A stretch of DNA of 64,000 bases from an uncultured Paludibacter sp. (GCA_964390175.1 CAYMHE010000002.1:13930-77929), one strand, 5' to 3'; counted from the stretch's first letter, positions 39,497-50,233 are shown. Notes: a model not told the origin generated them from the sequence alone. Program-made: numbers and translations.

Positions 39497-39543
39497 TCAA
39501 GAGCTTCGCTGATCATTTCGGCGAAGCTCTTTTGTTTTGAGCG
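39497..39543 (+). terminator. bglX terminator; copy 2 of the 47-bp direct repeat
   Basis: Identical to 36684-36730. Confidence 0.85.
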
Positions 39544-39714
39544 CAAATTGAATCGTATTGTTTATTCACAGAATCACCGGACAAACACCATTTTGACTAT
39601 CGAAAATAACTCCACTCCTATTCTTTCATGAAAACATCTGGTGTTTTTCATTCAATTTTTATACCTTTACATCAACAATAATTTCAAAAAATATTTCACC
39701 ACAACAGTTTGATA

Positions 39715-40161
39715 ATGTCAGCTTTAAAATTAAGCAGTTCATCTACGCTCGATATCTATTCGTCCGACACCGATAGTATTCTCGATTTACCCTTATTGAC
39801 CGGAATAAGTGCAGGATTCCCTTCGCCGGCCATGGACTTTATTGATTTAAATATCGACCTGAACCGGCATTTGATAAAACACCCAACAGCAACTTTCTAC
39901 GGAAGAGTGAAAGGCGAATCGATGAAAGATGCAGGAATAAACGATGGCGATTTACTTATTATTGACAAAAGCATTGCACCTGTCGACGGAAGAATAGCCG
40001 TATGTTTTGTGGATGGTGATTTTACGCTGAAACGAATTAAAACAGATAAAGATGGAGTATGGCTTATTCCGGCCAACGAGAGTTATCAACCCATACATCT
40101 TACCGAATCGAACGACCTTCGGATCTGGGGAGTGGTTACACATGTAATTAAGTCAGTATAA
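39715..40161 (+). CDS. umuD: DNA polymerase V subunit UmuD (S24 autopeptidase)
   Basis: SAGFPSPA cleavage region, GESM serine, FTLKR lysine. Confidence 0.93.
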   Translation: MSALKLSSSSTLDIYSSDTDSILDLPLLTGISAGFPSPAMDFIDLNIDLNRHLIKHPTATFYGRVKGESMKDAGINDGDLLIIDKSIAPVDGRIAVCFVDGDFTLKRIKTDKDGVWLIPANESYQPIHLTESNDLRIWGVVTHVIKSV

Positions 40162-41420
40162 TGTTTGCGCTGGTCGACTGTAATAATTTTTATGCTTCGT
40201 GCGAGCGGGTGTTTCGTCCCGACTTGAATGGCAAACCTGTCGTTGTGTTATCCAACAACGATGGCTGTGTCATTGCCCGAAGCAACGAAGCCAAAAAAGC
40301 AGGAGTTCCTATGGGCGCACCGGCATATCAGTACAAACAATTATTCGAGACACAACATATTGAGGTTTTCTCAGCTAATTTTGCATTGTACGGTGACATG
40401 AGCAACCGTGTAATGAGTATTTTGGGCATGTTCTGTCAGAATATCGAAATTTACAGTATCGACGAAGCCTTTATGAATTTCAACGGATACGAACTGCATG
40501 ATTTGGAAACACTTGGAGCTAAGATAAAAAAACAGGTGGAACAATGGACCGGCATACCCGTAAGTATAGGGTTTGCACCCACCAAGGCATTGGCGAAAGC
40601 AGCCAACAGAATTGCAAAAAAATTCCCCGAACACACAAAAGGCGTTTATCTTATCGACACCGAAGACAAACGTATCAAAGCATTGAAATGGCTGAAAGTA
40701 GAAGATGTGTGGGGAATAGGTCGCAGACACGCCCGCAGATTACAGGGCATTGGTATCCATACTGCTTTCGACTTTTGCACTATGAGCGAACAATGGATCA
40801 AAAAAAACATGTCGGTTGTGGGCGTGCGGTTGCTAAAAGAGCTGCAGGGCACCCCTGTATTAGAAATGGAAGAAACGCAAGCCCGAAAAAGCATAGCCAC
40901 CACCCGCACTTTCGATGGCAATTACACCGATAAAGATAAAATACGCGAACGTGTGGCCAGTTTTGCAGTATCCTGCGCCGAAAAGCTACGCAGGCAAGGA
41001 TCGTGCTGCAAAAGCCTCATGGTGTTTATAACCACCAACGGACATCGGGACGATTTGCCACAACACAGCCAGAGCGTAGTCATTAAACTGCCCTTTGCCA
41101 CCAATTCGTCTATCGACCTTGTGAAATTCGCCACAGCAGGTTTCGAACGATTATTCAAAAAAGGTTATGCCTACAAAAAAGCAGGCGTTATCCTTATGGA
41201 TTTTTCGTCGGAGGCGCAGCAGCAACTAACCCTGTTCGAAGCCCAAAACCCAAAACACCGGCCACTAATGAAAGTGATAGACAGAATTAACGCTTCGTAC
41301 GGACAGCAAAAAATAAGACTGGGTGCACAGGATACCGGAAGAGTATGGAAAATGAAACAGGAAAAACTGTCGCCACGCTACAGCACCAATCTGAACGAAA
41401 TTATAACTATAAAAGTCTGA
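40161..41420 (+). CDS. umuC: Y-family DNA polymerase V subunit UmuC
   Basis: LVDCNNFYASCE, VLSNNDGC, YSIDE and C-terminal LSPRYST motifs. Confidence 0.95.
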   Translation: MFALVDCNNFYASCERVFRPDLNGKPVVVLSNNDGCVIARSNEAKKAGVPMGAPAYQYKQLFETQHIEVFSANFALYGDMSNRVMSILGMFCQNIEIYSIDEAFMNFNGYELHDLETLGAKIKKQVEQWTGIPVSIGFAPTKALAKAANRIAKKFPEHTKGVYLIDTEDKRIKALKWLKVEDVWGIGRRHARRLQGIGIHTAFDFCTMSEQWIKKNMSVVGVRLLKELQGTPVLEMEETQARKSIATTRTFDGNYTDKDKIRERVASFAVSCAEKLRRQGSCCKSLMVFITTNGHRDDLPQHSQSVVIKLPFATNSSIDLVKFATAGFERLFKKGYAYKKAGVILMDFSSEAQQQLTLFEAQNPKHRPLMKVIDRINASYGQQKIRLGAQDTGRVWKMKQEKLSPRYSTNLNEIITIKV

Positions 41421-41428
41421 ATTCAGGA

Positions 41429-42352
41429 TCAGTACAGCTCGTCGTTTTTATATTTTTCAACGATAGTTTCGATAATTGAATCCTGCTCTTTGTGAAACTC
41501 GGTTTTCAAATCGGTTCCAAAAATTTTACCCACACCATACCAAAAAGTAGCCGAAAAAGCTCCACGATAGTTTTTAATAATTTCGTACCCTGTTTTATCG
41601 GTTTCCCGGGCGATTAATTTAAGCAGTAGCTTTCCCTGAGCCACCGACATAGTGCGTACGGCTGTTTCGTATTGCTGAAACAGAATTTTTTCTGTTTCCT
41701 TGATTAGTTTTTTACGCTCCGATTCACTTTCTATCTGACTCAAACGCGCATCCAAATCGGCCATAAGATCCCGGGTTTTCAAAGCATAAGGATATACTTT
41801 TTTGAAATTACGGATATTTCGATAATTTTTTTGATGAAATTTATAGTTTTCGCTGTCCTTGTGATACTGGCGTTCAGCCCCTTGTTTTTGAGTAGCGGCT
41901 TTTGCTATTTCACGTATTTCGGCCACTACAGCCACATCATCGGGCAGTGTCTTTACCGAATCAACTTTCAACGCTTGCATCACCTCAATTTTCTTCATTA
42001 CCGTATCTTCGGCTACCACTTTTTCTTCAATTATACTTTCGGGAAGCGGAGCTGGCGTCGGATCGCTGACTTTAAACGAACCTTTATCGGTCGATGTGCT
42101 TTCCGATGCTTTGTCGGAGTTTTCATTCACAACATCCCCTTTTCCGTCGGGCTTGGGTAAAGCATCGTCATTTATGTTCTCGGCCATCATATCCTCCATC
42201 AGTAGTTCAAGATCATCAATCTCTGCATCTGTCATCTGCCCCGACTTATCACCCGAAAGATCGGACTGAAAAAGCGCGAATATGAGCAAACAGATCAGAA
42301 GCGTACCTGCTGAAGCAAAATAATGACTATTTATTTTTTTTAAAGAAAACAT
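41429..42352 (-). CDS. Membrane-anchored protein with acidic/Pro linker and C-terminal DUF4294-like domain
   Basis: N-terminal TM helix; KKVYPYA, QGKLLLKLIARET and FGTDLK motifs; last gene after exbB-exbD. Confidence 0.7.
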   Translation of the reverse strand: MFSLKKINSHYFASAGTLLICLLIFALFQSDLSGDKSGQMTDAEIDDLELLMEDMMAENINDDALPKPDGKGDVVNENSDKASESTSTDKGSFKVSDPTPAPLPESIIEEKVVAEDTVMKKIEVMQALKVDSVKTLPDDVAVVAEIREIAKAATQKQGAERQYHKDSENYKFHQKNYRNIRNFKKVYPYALKTRDLMADLDARLSQIESESERKKLIKETEKILFQQYETAVRTMSVAQGKLLLKLIARETDKTGYEIIKNYRGAFSATFWYGVGKIFGTDLKTEFHKEQDSIIETIVEKYKNDELY

Positions 42353-42424
42353 TTCGGCGAATTATAAACACACAGTTTTACAGGCATTTTATAAATTTAA
42401 ACTTGAAGCACATCGGGGAAAAAT

Positions 42425-42820
42425 CTATTCTTTCTTAGTGGCCAAAATCATTTTCACATTCAGACTATTTCCAATCTCCAGTACGTTCACCAATTGCTGA
42501 ACGGTGAGTGAGTTATCGCACCGCACAACCACAAGCGCTTCAGGAGCTTTGCTGATTTCATTTTGCAAAGTCGGACGAAGCATCTCAAAGGCAACCTGCT
42601 TGTTGTTCACAAAATAATGCAGTTCTTTGTTCACCGACAGCAAAATTTCCTTTTTGTGAATAGACTGGGTATTTTCGGCTTTTGGAAGATTGAGCTTAAC
42701 CACATTCGGGCTCAAAAGTGTAGAAACAATGATAAAGAATAACATTAGAAAAAACATAATGTCATTCATGGCAGATGTAAAAATCTCAGCTTTTACTTTA
42801 TTTTGGGAGCGCAAATTCAT
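42425..42820 (-). CDS. exbD: Biopolymer transporter ExbD/TolR
   Basis: MNDIMFFLMLFFII TM helix with the conserved Asp; LNLPKA. Confidence 0.92.
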   Translation of the reverse strand: MNLRSQNKVKAEIFTSAMNDIMFFLMLFFIIVSTLLSPNVVKLNLPKAENTQSIHKKEILLSVNKELHYFVNNKQVAFEMLRPTLQNEISKAPEALVVVRCDNSLTVQQLVNVLEIGNSLNVKMILATKKE

Positions 42821-43524
42821 CTTTTGTTGTCTTTCAGGAAATCGAGGAAATCAACAGCATTCCGTTCCATTCGGTTCACTATTTTACCCACCTTAATATT
42901 CAGCCAGTTATAAAAAATATATGCCAAAACGCCTACAACAAGACCGGCAGCACTCGAAACCATTTTCACATAAAGACCGGCCGAAACTACCCCGATACTT
43001 ACATCTGCCGTTTGAGAAATATCGAAAAATATTTTGATAACACCCAAAATTGTTCCTAAAAACCCAAACATTGGTGCAATACCAGCTATAACAGCCAACA
43101 CGGGCAATCCTTTTTCGAGCTCATACACCTCGAACTTTCCCACTATTTCAATCGATTCTTCAATTTCCTTTATCGGACTTCCGATACGCCCGATTCCTTT
43201 TTCCACCATGCGGGCAATGGGTAAATCCTTACGGGCGCACAACCGAAGTGCATCTTCAATTTCATTTGCTTCGATGAGTTGTTTGGTTTCCTTTATGAAA
43301 TTGCCCTCGTTGGCCGAAGCTCTTTGGATTGAAATAAACCTTTCGATAAAAATGTAAATGGCCAACACAAACAAAAAACCAATAGGAATCATGATAAGAC
43401 CACCTTTTTGGATAATTTCCCACATACTGAATGCCGAAGCACCGGGAACTACCGGAAGCGTATTGATTTGCGAACCTACTGTGTCAGCAGCAAGAGGTGC
43501 CTGAAGAAGAATTGAAAATATCAT
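42817..43524 (-). CDS. exbB: MotA/TolQ/ExbB proton channel
   Basis: APMFGFLGTILG motif; three TM helices; overlaps exbD. Confidence 0.92.
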   Translation of the reverse strand: MIFSILLQAPLAADTVGSQINTLPVVPGASAFSMWEIIQKGGLIMIPIGFLFVLAIYIFIERFISIQRASANEGNFIKETKQLIEANEIEDALRLCARKDLPIARMVEKGIGRIGSPIKEIEESIEIVGKFEVYELEKGLPVLAVIAGIAPMFGFLGTILGVIKIFFDISQTADVSIGVVSAGLYVKMVSSAAGLVVGVLAYIFYNWLNIKVGKIVNRMERNAVDFLDFLKDNKR

Positions 43525-43796
43525 TTTTATTGTAAGTATTTAATAATATATAAGTTATATGCATGGAAACGAAAACGCGAATATCCATGTGCCATCGGGC
43601 AAAGCAAACACAAAAGTAAGAATTTTAATTTATTAATTTCAATTCCATTAAAAACAAACGTGTTACCGTCCTTATTATTTCACATCTTTATATTTCACAC
43701 TTATAAAACGTTAAAACAACACAAAACAGAACACCTTCTTCCAGACACAATAAAGTTACAGTTGGAAATAAGAAAAGTCAAATGATGCAGAAAACG

Positions 43797-46088
43797 CTAA
43801 TCCAGGTATTTATTATTGAATAATAAAAATCCTATGTTCAATCCAAAATTCCAGCGGCTTGCTCCATCGCTGTAATGATTCACAAATACGCCTGCTGATG
43901 CCACCTTAAAATCGAACACCAAAGTAGATTCGACCATATACTCAGTAGAGAAATAAGGCGTTGTTAATCCTGCAGAATTATCGGCTTGTTTGTAGAAACT
44001 CCGATAAGGCACAAACCAATAAATTTCGTTCCGAAAATGCAACTGATCAGTAATCACATAAACAGGTTTGACACCAAGGGCCACATACTGATGCGCACTG
44101 AAGGTGGGATTGAAAACGACTTTGCTATGAGGTGTGGGACGAAATGCCGGAGACTGAATAATCGTTGCAGTATAATTGTTCGAGTGCGCCCGCCCCGTAT
44201 AGGACACCTCGGCAAATGCCCCCAAAGTAAGATGACGTGCAACAGAATAATACTTATCCGATTTAAGCTTGAACTGCAACCACATAGACGTATTCTCATC
44301 ATTGTGAATTTCGGGAGCCAGACTTGATTTAAATTGTTCGTCGCCACCAACAAATTGCAGACTTGCCATATAGCTATGACCCTTTGTCGGGTACACTACA
44401 TTGTTGAGCGTGTAAGATTCTACTCTCCCGAAAACACTTCCCAGATTATAGATACTTTGATTCATGCCGCTTGTTCCACTGGATAAATTCTGCCTGTATT
44501 TATCGGTAAACCGGCCAAATCCGATCCCAAATTCCATTCGCCCTTTCATGGTGAGTGGAAAGCCAAAACTAAATTTACTGAACAACTCGGATTGATTAAA
44601 GTAGGAAGTTCGGTCATCATTATAAAACACTCTGTCCCCTTCGTAATAGTCGAAACGATGAATATTGAAGACAAGTTTCATATACCAGTCTTTTGCTGTA
44701 GGCAAATCAATGCGCGAACCAATACTCAGACCATTGTATGCCCTGCCAAACTGTGCATCAAGGTAGGCTGTTTGCGAATATTCTTTAAGATTCTGATAAG
44801 TGAGCCCAAAATAGGCCTCGTTGGATGTAGATGAAGATATATTTCCACCCAGTGCTACTTTTAGTTGGTTTTCGGCACGCACTCTCAAACGCAAATCGAA
44901 ATTCCCTGTCGAATCGTTATAAATAGCACGGGGCATAACTTCCGAAATTTTATCGTCGGCAATAAGTTTAAAGTATCCTTCTTTAAATTCCTTTGCATCA
45001 AACTCCTTATTTCCGGCGTGAAATATATTCTCTACATATTGTTTCTGCAAACTATCGACGCCAACAACGTATACATTTTTAAATTTCAACGCGGGCAGTT
45101 GGTTTTTAAAATGGGCGCGCCGCAGCACCATCTCTTCTTTACTCACCCTGCGTTGCACTCTCTGCATGATTTCCGGCATACGCTTCATCACCTCATCGTA
45201 ACCCAACTTCACCAGCTGATCTACTTTGCTAAAATCAAAAGTATTCACGTTTTCAAGCTTAAAATTAAGCATTACCCCTTCCGCCTCAGGAATACTGTAA
45301 TCCGACTTACTCATAATCATATTTTCAATCTGCCTTACAATATCATTCTCATCGGGTTTGGGCGGATTGTTTGAGACAGCACTCCCCAGCATAAAATCCG
45401 GTTTGAAATCGGAGCGCATCACATCCACCGGAAAATTATTGAAAATACCCCCGTCGAATAATAATTGATTGTTAATCATAATAGGTTTATACATAAACGG
45501 AAAAGTCATTGATGCCCGAACGGCATCTCCCAGGCTTCCGCTACGGAATGCCACCGCTTCCTTTCTATAAATATCGGAAGCTATACAGCGGAAAGGCACA
45601 AAAAGATTGTCGAAATTTCCTTTTGCCAACGCATTAGCCCTGCTGAACAATTCAACAAAAGCATAATTCATTTGACGGGGCGAAACTATATTTGTAGGCA
45701 AAAAAGTAGGTCTGAAGTTTATAGAGTCAAGTTGTTTGGGGTTGAAATACAACTCTGCTACGATTGGTTTTGGGTCGGCATTCCGGTAGTAATACACATA
45801 TTCAGGATCGATCTCGCCGGTGGACCAGCGTTTAAAATCCTCGGACTTCAGTACCGCAACTATATCGTCGGGCGAGTAACCCATAGCGTATAGACTCCCC
45901 ACGATAGCACCCATTGATGTGCCCGTTACGTAATCTACAGGGATATTATTGTCTTCAAGAGCTTTAATGACTCCAATGTGCGCAATTCCTTTAGCACCTC
46001 CACCACTAAGCACCAAACCAATCTTCTGGGCGGAAATCCATCCACTCAGCAGTATGCAAGTTACTAATAATTGATATTTTCTTCTCAT
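43797..46088 (-). CDS. Patatin-like phospholipase with POTRA-like and beta-barrel C-terminal region (PlpD-like)
   Basis: Signal peptide; GGGAKG, GTSMG and DGG motifs; C-terminal beta-strand pattern. Confidence 0.85.
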   Translation of the reverse strand: MRRKYQLLVTCILLSGWISAQKIGLVLSGGGAKGIAHIGVIKALEDNNIPVDYVTGTSMGAIVGSLYAMGYSPDDIVAVLKSEDFKRWSTGEIDPEYVYYYRNADPKPIVAELYFNPKQLDSINFRPTFLPTNIVSPRQMNYAFVELFSRANALAKGNFDNLFVPFRCIASDIYRKEAVAFRSGSLGDAVRASMTFPFMYKPIMINNQLLFDGGIFNNFPVDVMRSDFKPDFMLGSAVSNNPPKPDENDIVRQIENMIMSKSDYSIPEAEGVMLNFKLENVNTFDFSKVDQLVKLGYDEVMKRMPEIMQRVQRRVSKEEMVLRRAHFKNQLPALKFKNVYVVGVDSLQKQYVENIFHAGNKEFDAKEFKEGYFKLIADDKISEVMPRAIYNDSTGNFDLRLRVRAENQLKVALGGNISSSTSNEAYFGLTYQNLKEYSQTAYLDAQFGRAYNGLSIGSRIDLPTAKDWYMKLVFNIHRFDYYEGDRVFYNDDRTSYFNQSELFSKFSFGFPLTMKGRMEFGIGFGRFTDKYRQNLSSGTSGMNQSIYNLGSVFGRVESYTLNNVVYPTKGHSYMASLQFVGGDEQFKSSLAPEIHNDENTSMWLQFKLKSDKYYSVARHLTLGAFAEVSYTGRAHSNNYTATIIQSPAFRPTPHSKVVFNPTFSAHQYVALGVKPVYVITDQLHFRNEIYWFVPYRSFYKQADNSAGLTTPYFSTEYMVESTLVFDFKVASAGVFVNHYSDGASRWNFGLNIGFLLFNNKYLD

Positions 46089-46485
46089 AACAGAATGCTT
46101 TTTATAGTTGCCGTAAAATTACTAAAAAGCAATATAGCTTGTATATTGTTGAAAAATAAAAAAGCTAAAAATCATTGATATTATTTACGGTTCCCGACAT
46201 TCAAACAAAACAATGCTCCGATATCCATAATAAACAAAGAACCGCCTCTTCCTTAACGGAAAAGGCTATCATAAGAAATGTTCCTTATTTCACAAATTTA
46301 GTAGAAACTCCATTCACACGAATAATGTAAATACCACTGTTCAAAGCTTAGCTATAATTGCTATTGACAAACCCAATCCGCATCCACTCGAAACAATTAG
46401 ACTATTAAAAAGTTAAAGTACTGATAAAATCATTTGTAAACAGTTTTTTTTCTTTACTTTTGCTTTTCAGCCACATTAAATAAAT

Positions 46486-47487
46486 ATGAATTTTTCGATT
46501 AAAAAATCTACCCTCATTTTTTCACTTGTTATATTTTGTTTTGTATTCAGAGCAAATGCTCAAACTTCTGCTACGAATGACAGTACAAGCGAACTTACAA
46601 TCTACACAATGCCTACATTGCATCCGCTCGATTGGAGCAGTCCGGCCTCATTGTACAAAAGCATGAAAAACTGCTATCTAAAGACAATCACTCAATCCGA
46701 CAATTATCTTTTAGGACATGTGGCCATAATGCTAAAATCACCCCTACTTCCCAAACCTCTGTTAGTAGCTCAAGCATCAGCATCGGCTCGCGAAAGAATT
46801 GATTTAGTACTGAACCAAAAGGTCGGATTCGGCATCATGGGCATCACCCTCAAAGGGCGACTGGAAACAGAAGCCGAACTTAATCACAAATTAAATGTTT
46901 ATACAAAAAGAGAAAAGCTGGCATTTATAAAATACAAGATAAACCACAAAGCTGCTCAACGGATTATCGAATTTCTTCAACACTACTCCACCAAAACGAA
47001 CAACAACTTTGCTCCATGCGACTTTTATGGCGGAGCTTTTTGGCCCAGGTATCACAACGAGGGTGCCGGTTGTTCTGCGTTCGGCATTACATTACTTGAG
47101 CTAGCCAATGTTCTGCCTCCGGAAGCAAACGAATGGAAAATCGATGTAAACATCCCTATGAGTATTATTGGAGGAGAAATTAATCAACATAAAAAAATCA
47201 GAAACAGAACAATAAAGAAAACCAACAGCTGGTACACAGGCAATGGCAAGGCAAACATTGATTATATAAGATATTTTGTTTACGAACCAAGCATAATGTT
47301 CGAATGGATACTTAACAAACGGAAATCGAATGATGCAACATACAGTTCAATTACTGAAAACGGAGCGCCCGGATTAATAGTTGATGCCAGCACTCAGGAA
47401 ATTGACGAAACTCAAGACATTTTTTATCAACGCCCCGAACCAAATCTGTTTATTGATTATTTTTACAAAAGGATAGAGGTTAAATAA
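46486..47487 (+). CDS. Hypothetical exported protein
   Basis: Signal peptide ending ANA-Q; 333-aa ORF; preceded by a TACTTTTG promoter box. Confidence 0.7.
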   Translation: MNFSIKKSTLIFSLVIFCFVFRANAQTSATNDSTSELTIYTMPTLHPLDWSSPASLYKSMKNCYLKTITQSDNYLLGHVAIMLKSPLLPKPLLVAQASASARERIDLVLNQKVGFGIMGITLKGRLETEAELNHKLNVYTKREKLAFIKYKINHKAAQRIIEFLQHYSTKTNNNFAPCDFYGGAFWPRYHNEGAGCSAFGITLLELANVLPPEANEWKIDVNIPMSIIGGEINQHKKIRNRTIKKTNSWYTGNGKANIDYIRYFVYEPSIMFEWILNKRKSNDATYSSITENGAPGLIVDASTQEIDETQDIFYQRPEPNLFIDYFYKRIEVK

Positions 47488-47606
47488 GATTCCTGAATCT
47501 GAATACGTTCATCTCATTTTTATTGCTTCACTCATTACCTATTTGAAAGAAGAACAATAAACCATACAAATCAAAACAAAGAAATCAACACAATTAGAAA
47601 ATAAAT

Positions 47607-50021
47607 ATGAAAAAACTGCTTATAATAACACTTACATTAATAATGTCAATTACAATCACCAAAGCCCAGGAAAACCTGAGCTATCAGCTTCCTGCCGAAA
47701 GTATTCTTCAACTCGCCGATTATCAGCGACCACCCGCAGTAACAATCGATTCAAAAAAAGAATATATGCTGCTAAGTTATCGCGACACCTATAAATCGCT
47801 GAATGATCTTAATCAGCAGGAAATAAGTCTGGCCGGACTGCGCGTAAATCCAATCACAAACATAAGCTCATCCACCAATTACATCACCAATCTGAAAATC
47901 AGAAAAGTAAGCGACAATGAAGCCATACAGGTAAAAGGACTACCTGCGCAACCACGCATCACCTATCTCACCTGGTCGCCCGACGAAACAAAAGTCGCGT
48001 TTACGAATACCACTACCGAAGGAGTTGAATTATGGACAGTGGACTTGGTAACGGCTCAGGCTAACAAACTTACAGCGGCCGTTTTAAACGCCAACCTTGG
48101 CAACCCCTTCAATTGGTATCGCGATAGTAAATCGTTATTAGTAAGAACACTACAACCCAACCGACAAACCCTGATCGACCCTAAAAAAGCATTACCGGCC
48201 GGACCAATCATTTCAATAAGCGATGGCTCGAAAGCACAAAACAGAACTTATCAGGACATGCTTAAAAACCCTTCGGATGAAGCAAACTTTGTCACGCTCA
48301 CCACTTCCGAACTTTACAAAATTGAATTAAACGGAACGAAAACACTCTTCAAAAGCGCTGACATGTATGCAGGCGAAAACTTTTCTCCCGATGGCAACTA
48401 CATTTTGATAACTACTTTAAGCAAACCATTTTCGTACATAGTTCCTCTGAACAGATTTCCTCAATCAAGTTCGGTGTACGACCTTACAGGAAATCTTGTA
48501 AAAACAGTAAATCAGGTACCGCTAACAGAAGTGCTACCCAAAGGATTTATGGCCGTTCGGAAAGGAAAACGAGCGATGAACTGGCGTTCGGACGAACCGG
48601 CAACATTGTTCTTTGCCGAAGCGCTCGACGAAGGAGATCCTAAAATTGAAGTTGAATATCGCGATGCAATTTACCTTTGGAAAGCTCCTTTCAATCAGAA
48701 CCCGACACTACTTACAAAAACAAATCTCCGTTTTTCGCATATTGTTTGGGGAAATGCAACTACCGCCATCCTTCAGGACGAATGGTACGACACTCGTCAG
48801 GTAAAAACATACTTATTTAACCCCTCGGATTCAAAACAGAAACCGAAAGTGATTGTCGATCGCAATTATCAGGATCTATATTCTGACCCGGGCGATTTCG
48901 AAACAAGCAAAAATGAATACGGAAAATATGTATTGACAATTTACAAAAATAATATCTATATGATTGGCGAAGGATTCACTCCCAACGGGCAATTTCCGTT
49001 TATCGACGAGTTGAACCTGAAATCATTGAGTAAAAAACGTATATATCAGTCGACCTACACCGATAAGATGGAAGAGATTTTCGACATAATGGATGTGTCA
49101 AAAGGCGAGGTACTTGTAAGACTTCAATCTAAAAATGAGTTCCCAAACTACTACATTCGTCATCTTAAAAAACGAATGGCACCTATGCAACTGACTCATT
49201 TCCCCAATCCATTCGAAAGCATTAAAAACGTCTTCAAAGAACTCATCAAATACAAACGCGAAGATGGAGTTGAACTTTCGGGCACTTTATACCTGCCAGT
49301 TGGTTACGACAGAAAAGCAAAAAACGAAAAATTGCCTTTGCTCATTTGGGCGTATCCAGCCGAATACAAAGACAAGAACAGCGCCGGACAAAGCACTGCC
49401 AACCCTAATGAATTCACTTTTCCTTATTATGGATCGTTTGTTTATTGGGTGACGCGTGGTTATGCCGTTCTCGATGACGCTTCGTTTCCCATCGTGGGCG
49501 AAGGAAAAACAGAGCCCAATGACACCTTTATTGAACAACTGGTGGCCAATGCAAAAGCTGCAATCAATGCTGTAAATGAACTTGGCTATATTAATCCTAA
49601 AAAAGTAGCAGTCGGCGGCCATTCGTATGGAGCATTTATGACCGCTAACCTACTGACCCATTCCGATTTATTTGCATGCGGCATTGCCCGAAGTGGTGCT
49701 TACAATCGTACCCTGACTCCATTCGGATTTCAGAGCGAACAACGCAACTACTGGGAAGCACCGGAAGTGTACGATGCCATGTCGCCATTTATGCAGGCTC
49801 ATAAAATGAAAACACCTATGCTCCTTGTACATGGCGAAGCCGACAACAATCCCGGCACCTTTACTCTGCAAACCGAACGCTACTTTCAGGCACTAAAAGG
49901 ACTCGGAGGACCGGCGCGCATGGTAATACTCCCCAAAGAACAACACAGCTATGTGGCTCGAGAGAATATTATGCATCTACTTTGGGAACAGGATAAATTT
50001 CTGGAAAAACACCTTAAATAG
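47607..50021 (+). CDS. S9 family (prolyl oligopeptidase-like) serine peptidase
   Basis: GGHSYGAF, HGEADNN and EQH catalytic triad; propeller N-terminal region; signal peptide. Confidence 0.92.
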   Translation: MKKLLIITLTLIMSITITKAQENLSYQLPAESILQLADYQRPPAVTIDSKKEYMLLSYRDTYKSLNDLNQQEISLAGLRVNPITNISSSTNYITNLKIRKVSDNEAIQVKGLPAQPRITYLTWSPDETKVAFTNTTTEGVELWTVDLVTAQANKLTAAVLNANLGNPFNWYRDSKSLLVRTLQPNRQTLIDPKKALPAGPIISISDGSKAQNRTYQDMLKNPSDEANFVTLTTSELYKIELNGTKTLFKSADMYAGENFSPDGNYILITTLSKPFSYIVPLNRFPQSSSVYDLTGNLVKTVNQVPLTEVLPKGFMAVRKGKRAMNWRSDEPATLFFAEALDEGDPKIEVEYRDAIYLWKAPFNQNPTLLTKTNLRFSHIVWGNATTAILQDEWYDTRQVKTYLFNPSDSKQKPKVIVDRNYQDLYSDPGDFETSKNEYGKYVLTIYKNNIYMIGEGFTPNGQFPFIDELNLKSLSKKRIYQSTYTDKMEEIFDIMDVSKGEVLVRLQSKNEFPNYYIRHLKKRMAPMQLTHFPNPFESIKNVFKELIKYKREDGVELSGTLYLPVGYDRKAKNEKLPLLIWAYPAEYKDKNSAGQSTANPNEFTFPYYGSFVYWVTRGYAVLDDASFPIVGEGKTEPNDTFIEQLVANAKAAINAVNELGYINPKKVAVGGHSYGAFMTANLLTHSDLFACGIARSGAYNRTLTPFGFQSEQRNYWEAPEVYDAMSPFMQAHKMKTPMLLVHGEADNNPGTFTLQTERYFQALKGLGGPARMVILPKEQHSYVARENIMHLLWEQDKFLEKHLK

Positions 50022-50153
50022 AACTTTACGTTCAATAGGTAATTTTTCAGCGTAAAACTTCATTTAACAGTGAACAAAATCAGATGAAAGAAACTGAAAA
50101 TGAAAAGATAAAGAAGGAGAATCAAGTTAACAGAATAAAAAACAAGAAAAGGT

Positions 50154-50184
50154 TTTGAAATTTCGAAATGATTATCTATCTTTG
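50154..50184 (+). promoter_or_regulatory. Promoter TTTG-N19-TATCTTTG for rpsU
   Basis: Consensus Bacteroidetes -33/-7 match. Confidence 0.7.
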
Positions 50185-50233
50185 CAGACCAAATTTGAAA
50201 CAAATAAATAAACATATTAAATAACTAATAATT

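Noticed and set aside
39715..41420. umuDC as part of an ICE or prophage
   Set aside because: No conjugation, phage or integrase genes are nearby.
43653..43712. Partial AAACG-containing dyads upstream of exbB resembling the operator
   Set aside because: Only half-site matches in AT-rich DNA; too weak to include in the regulon.
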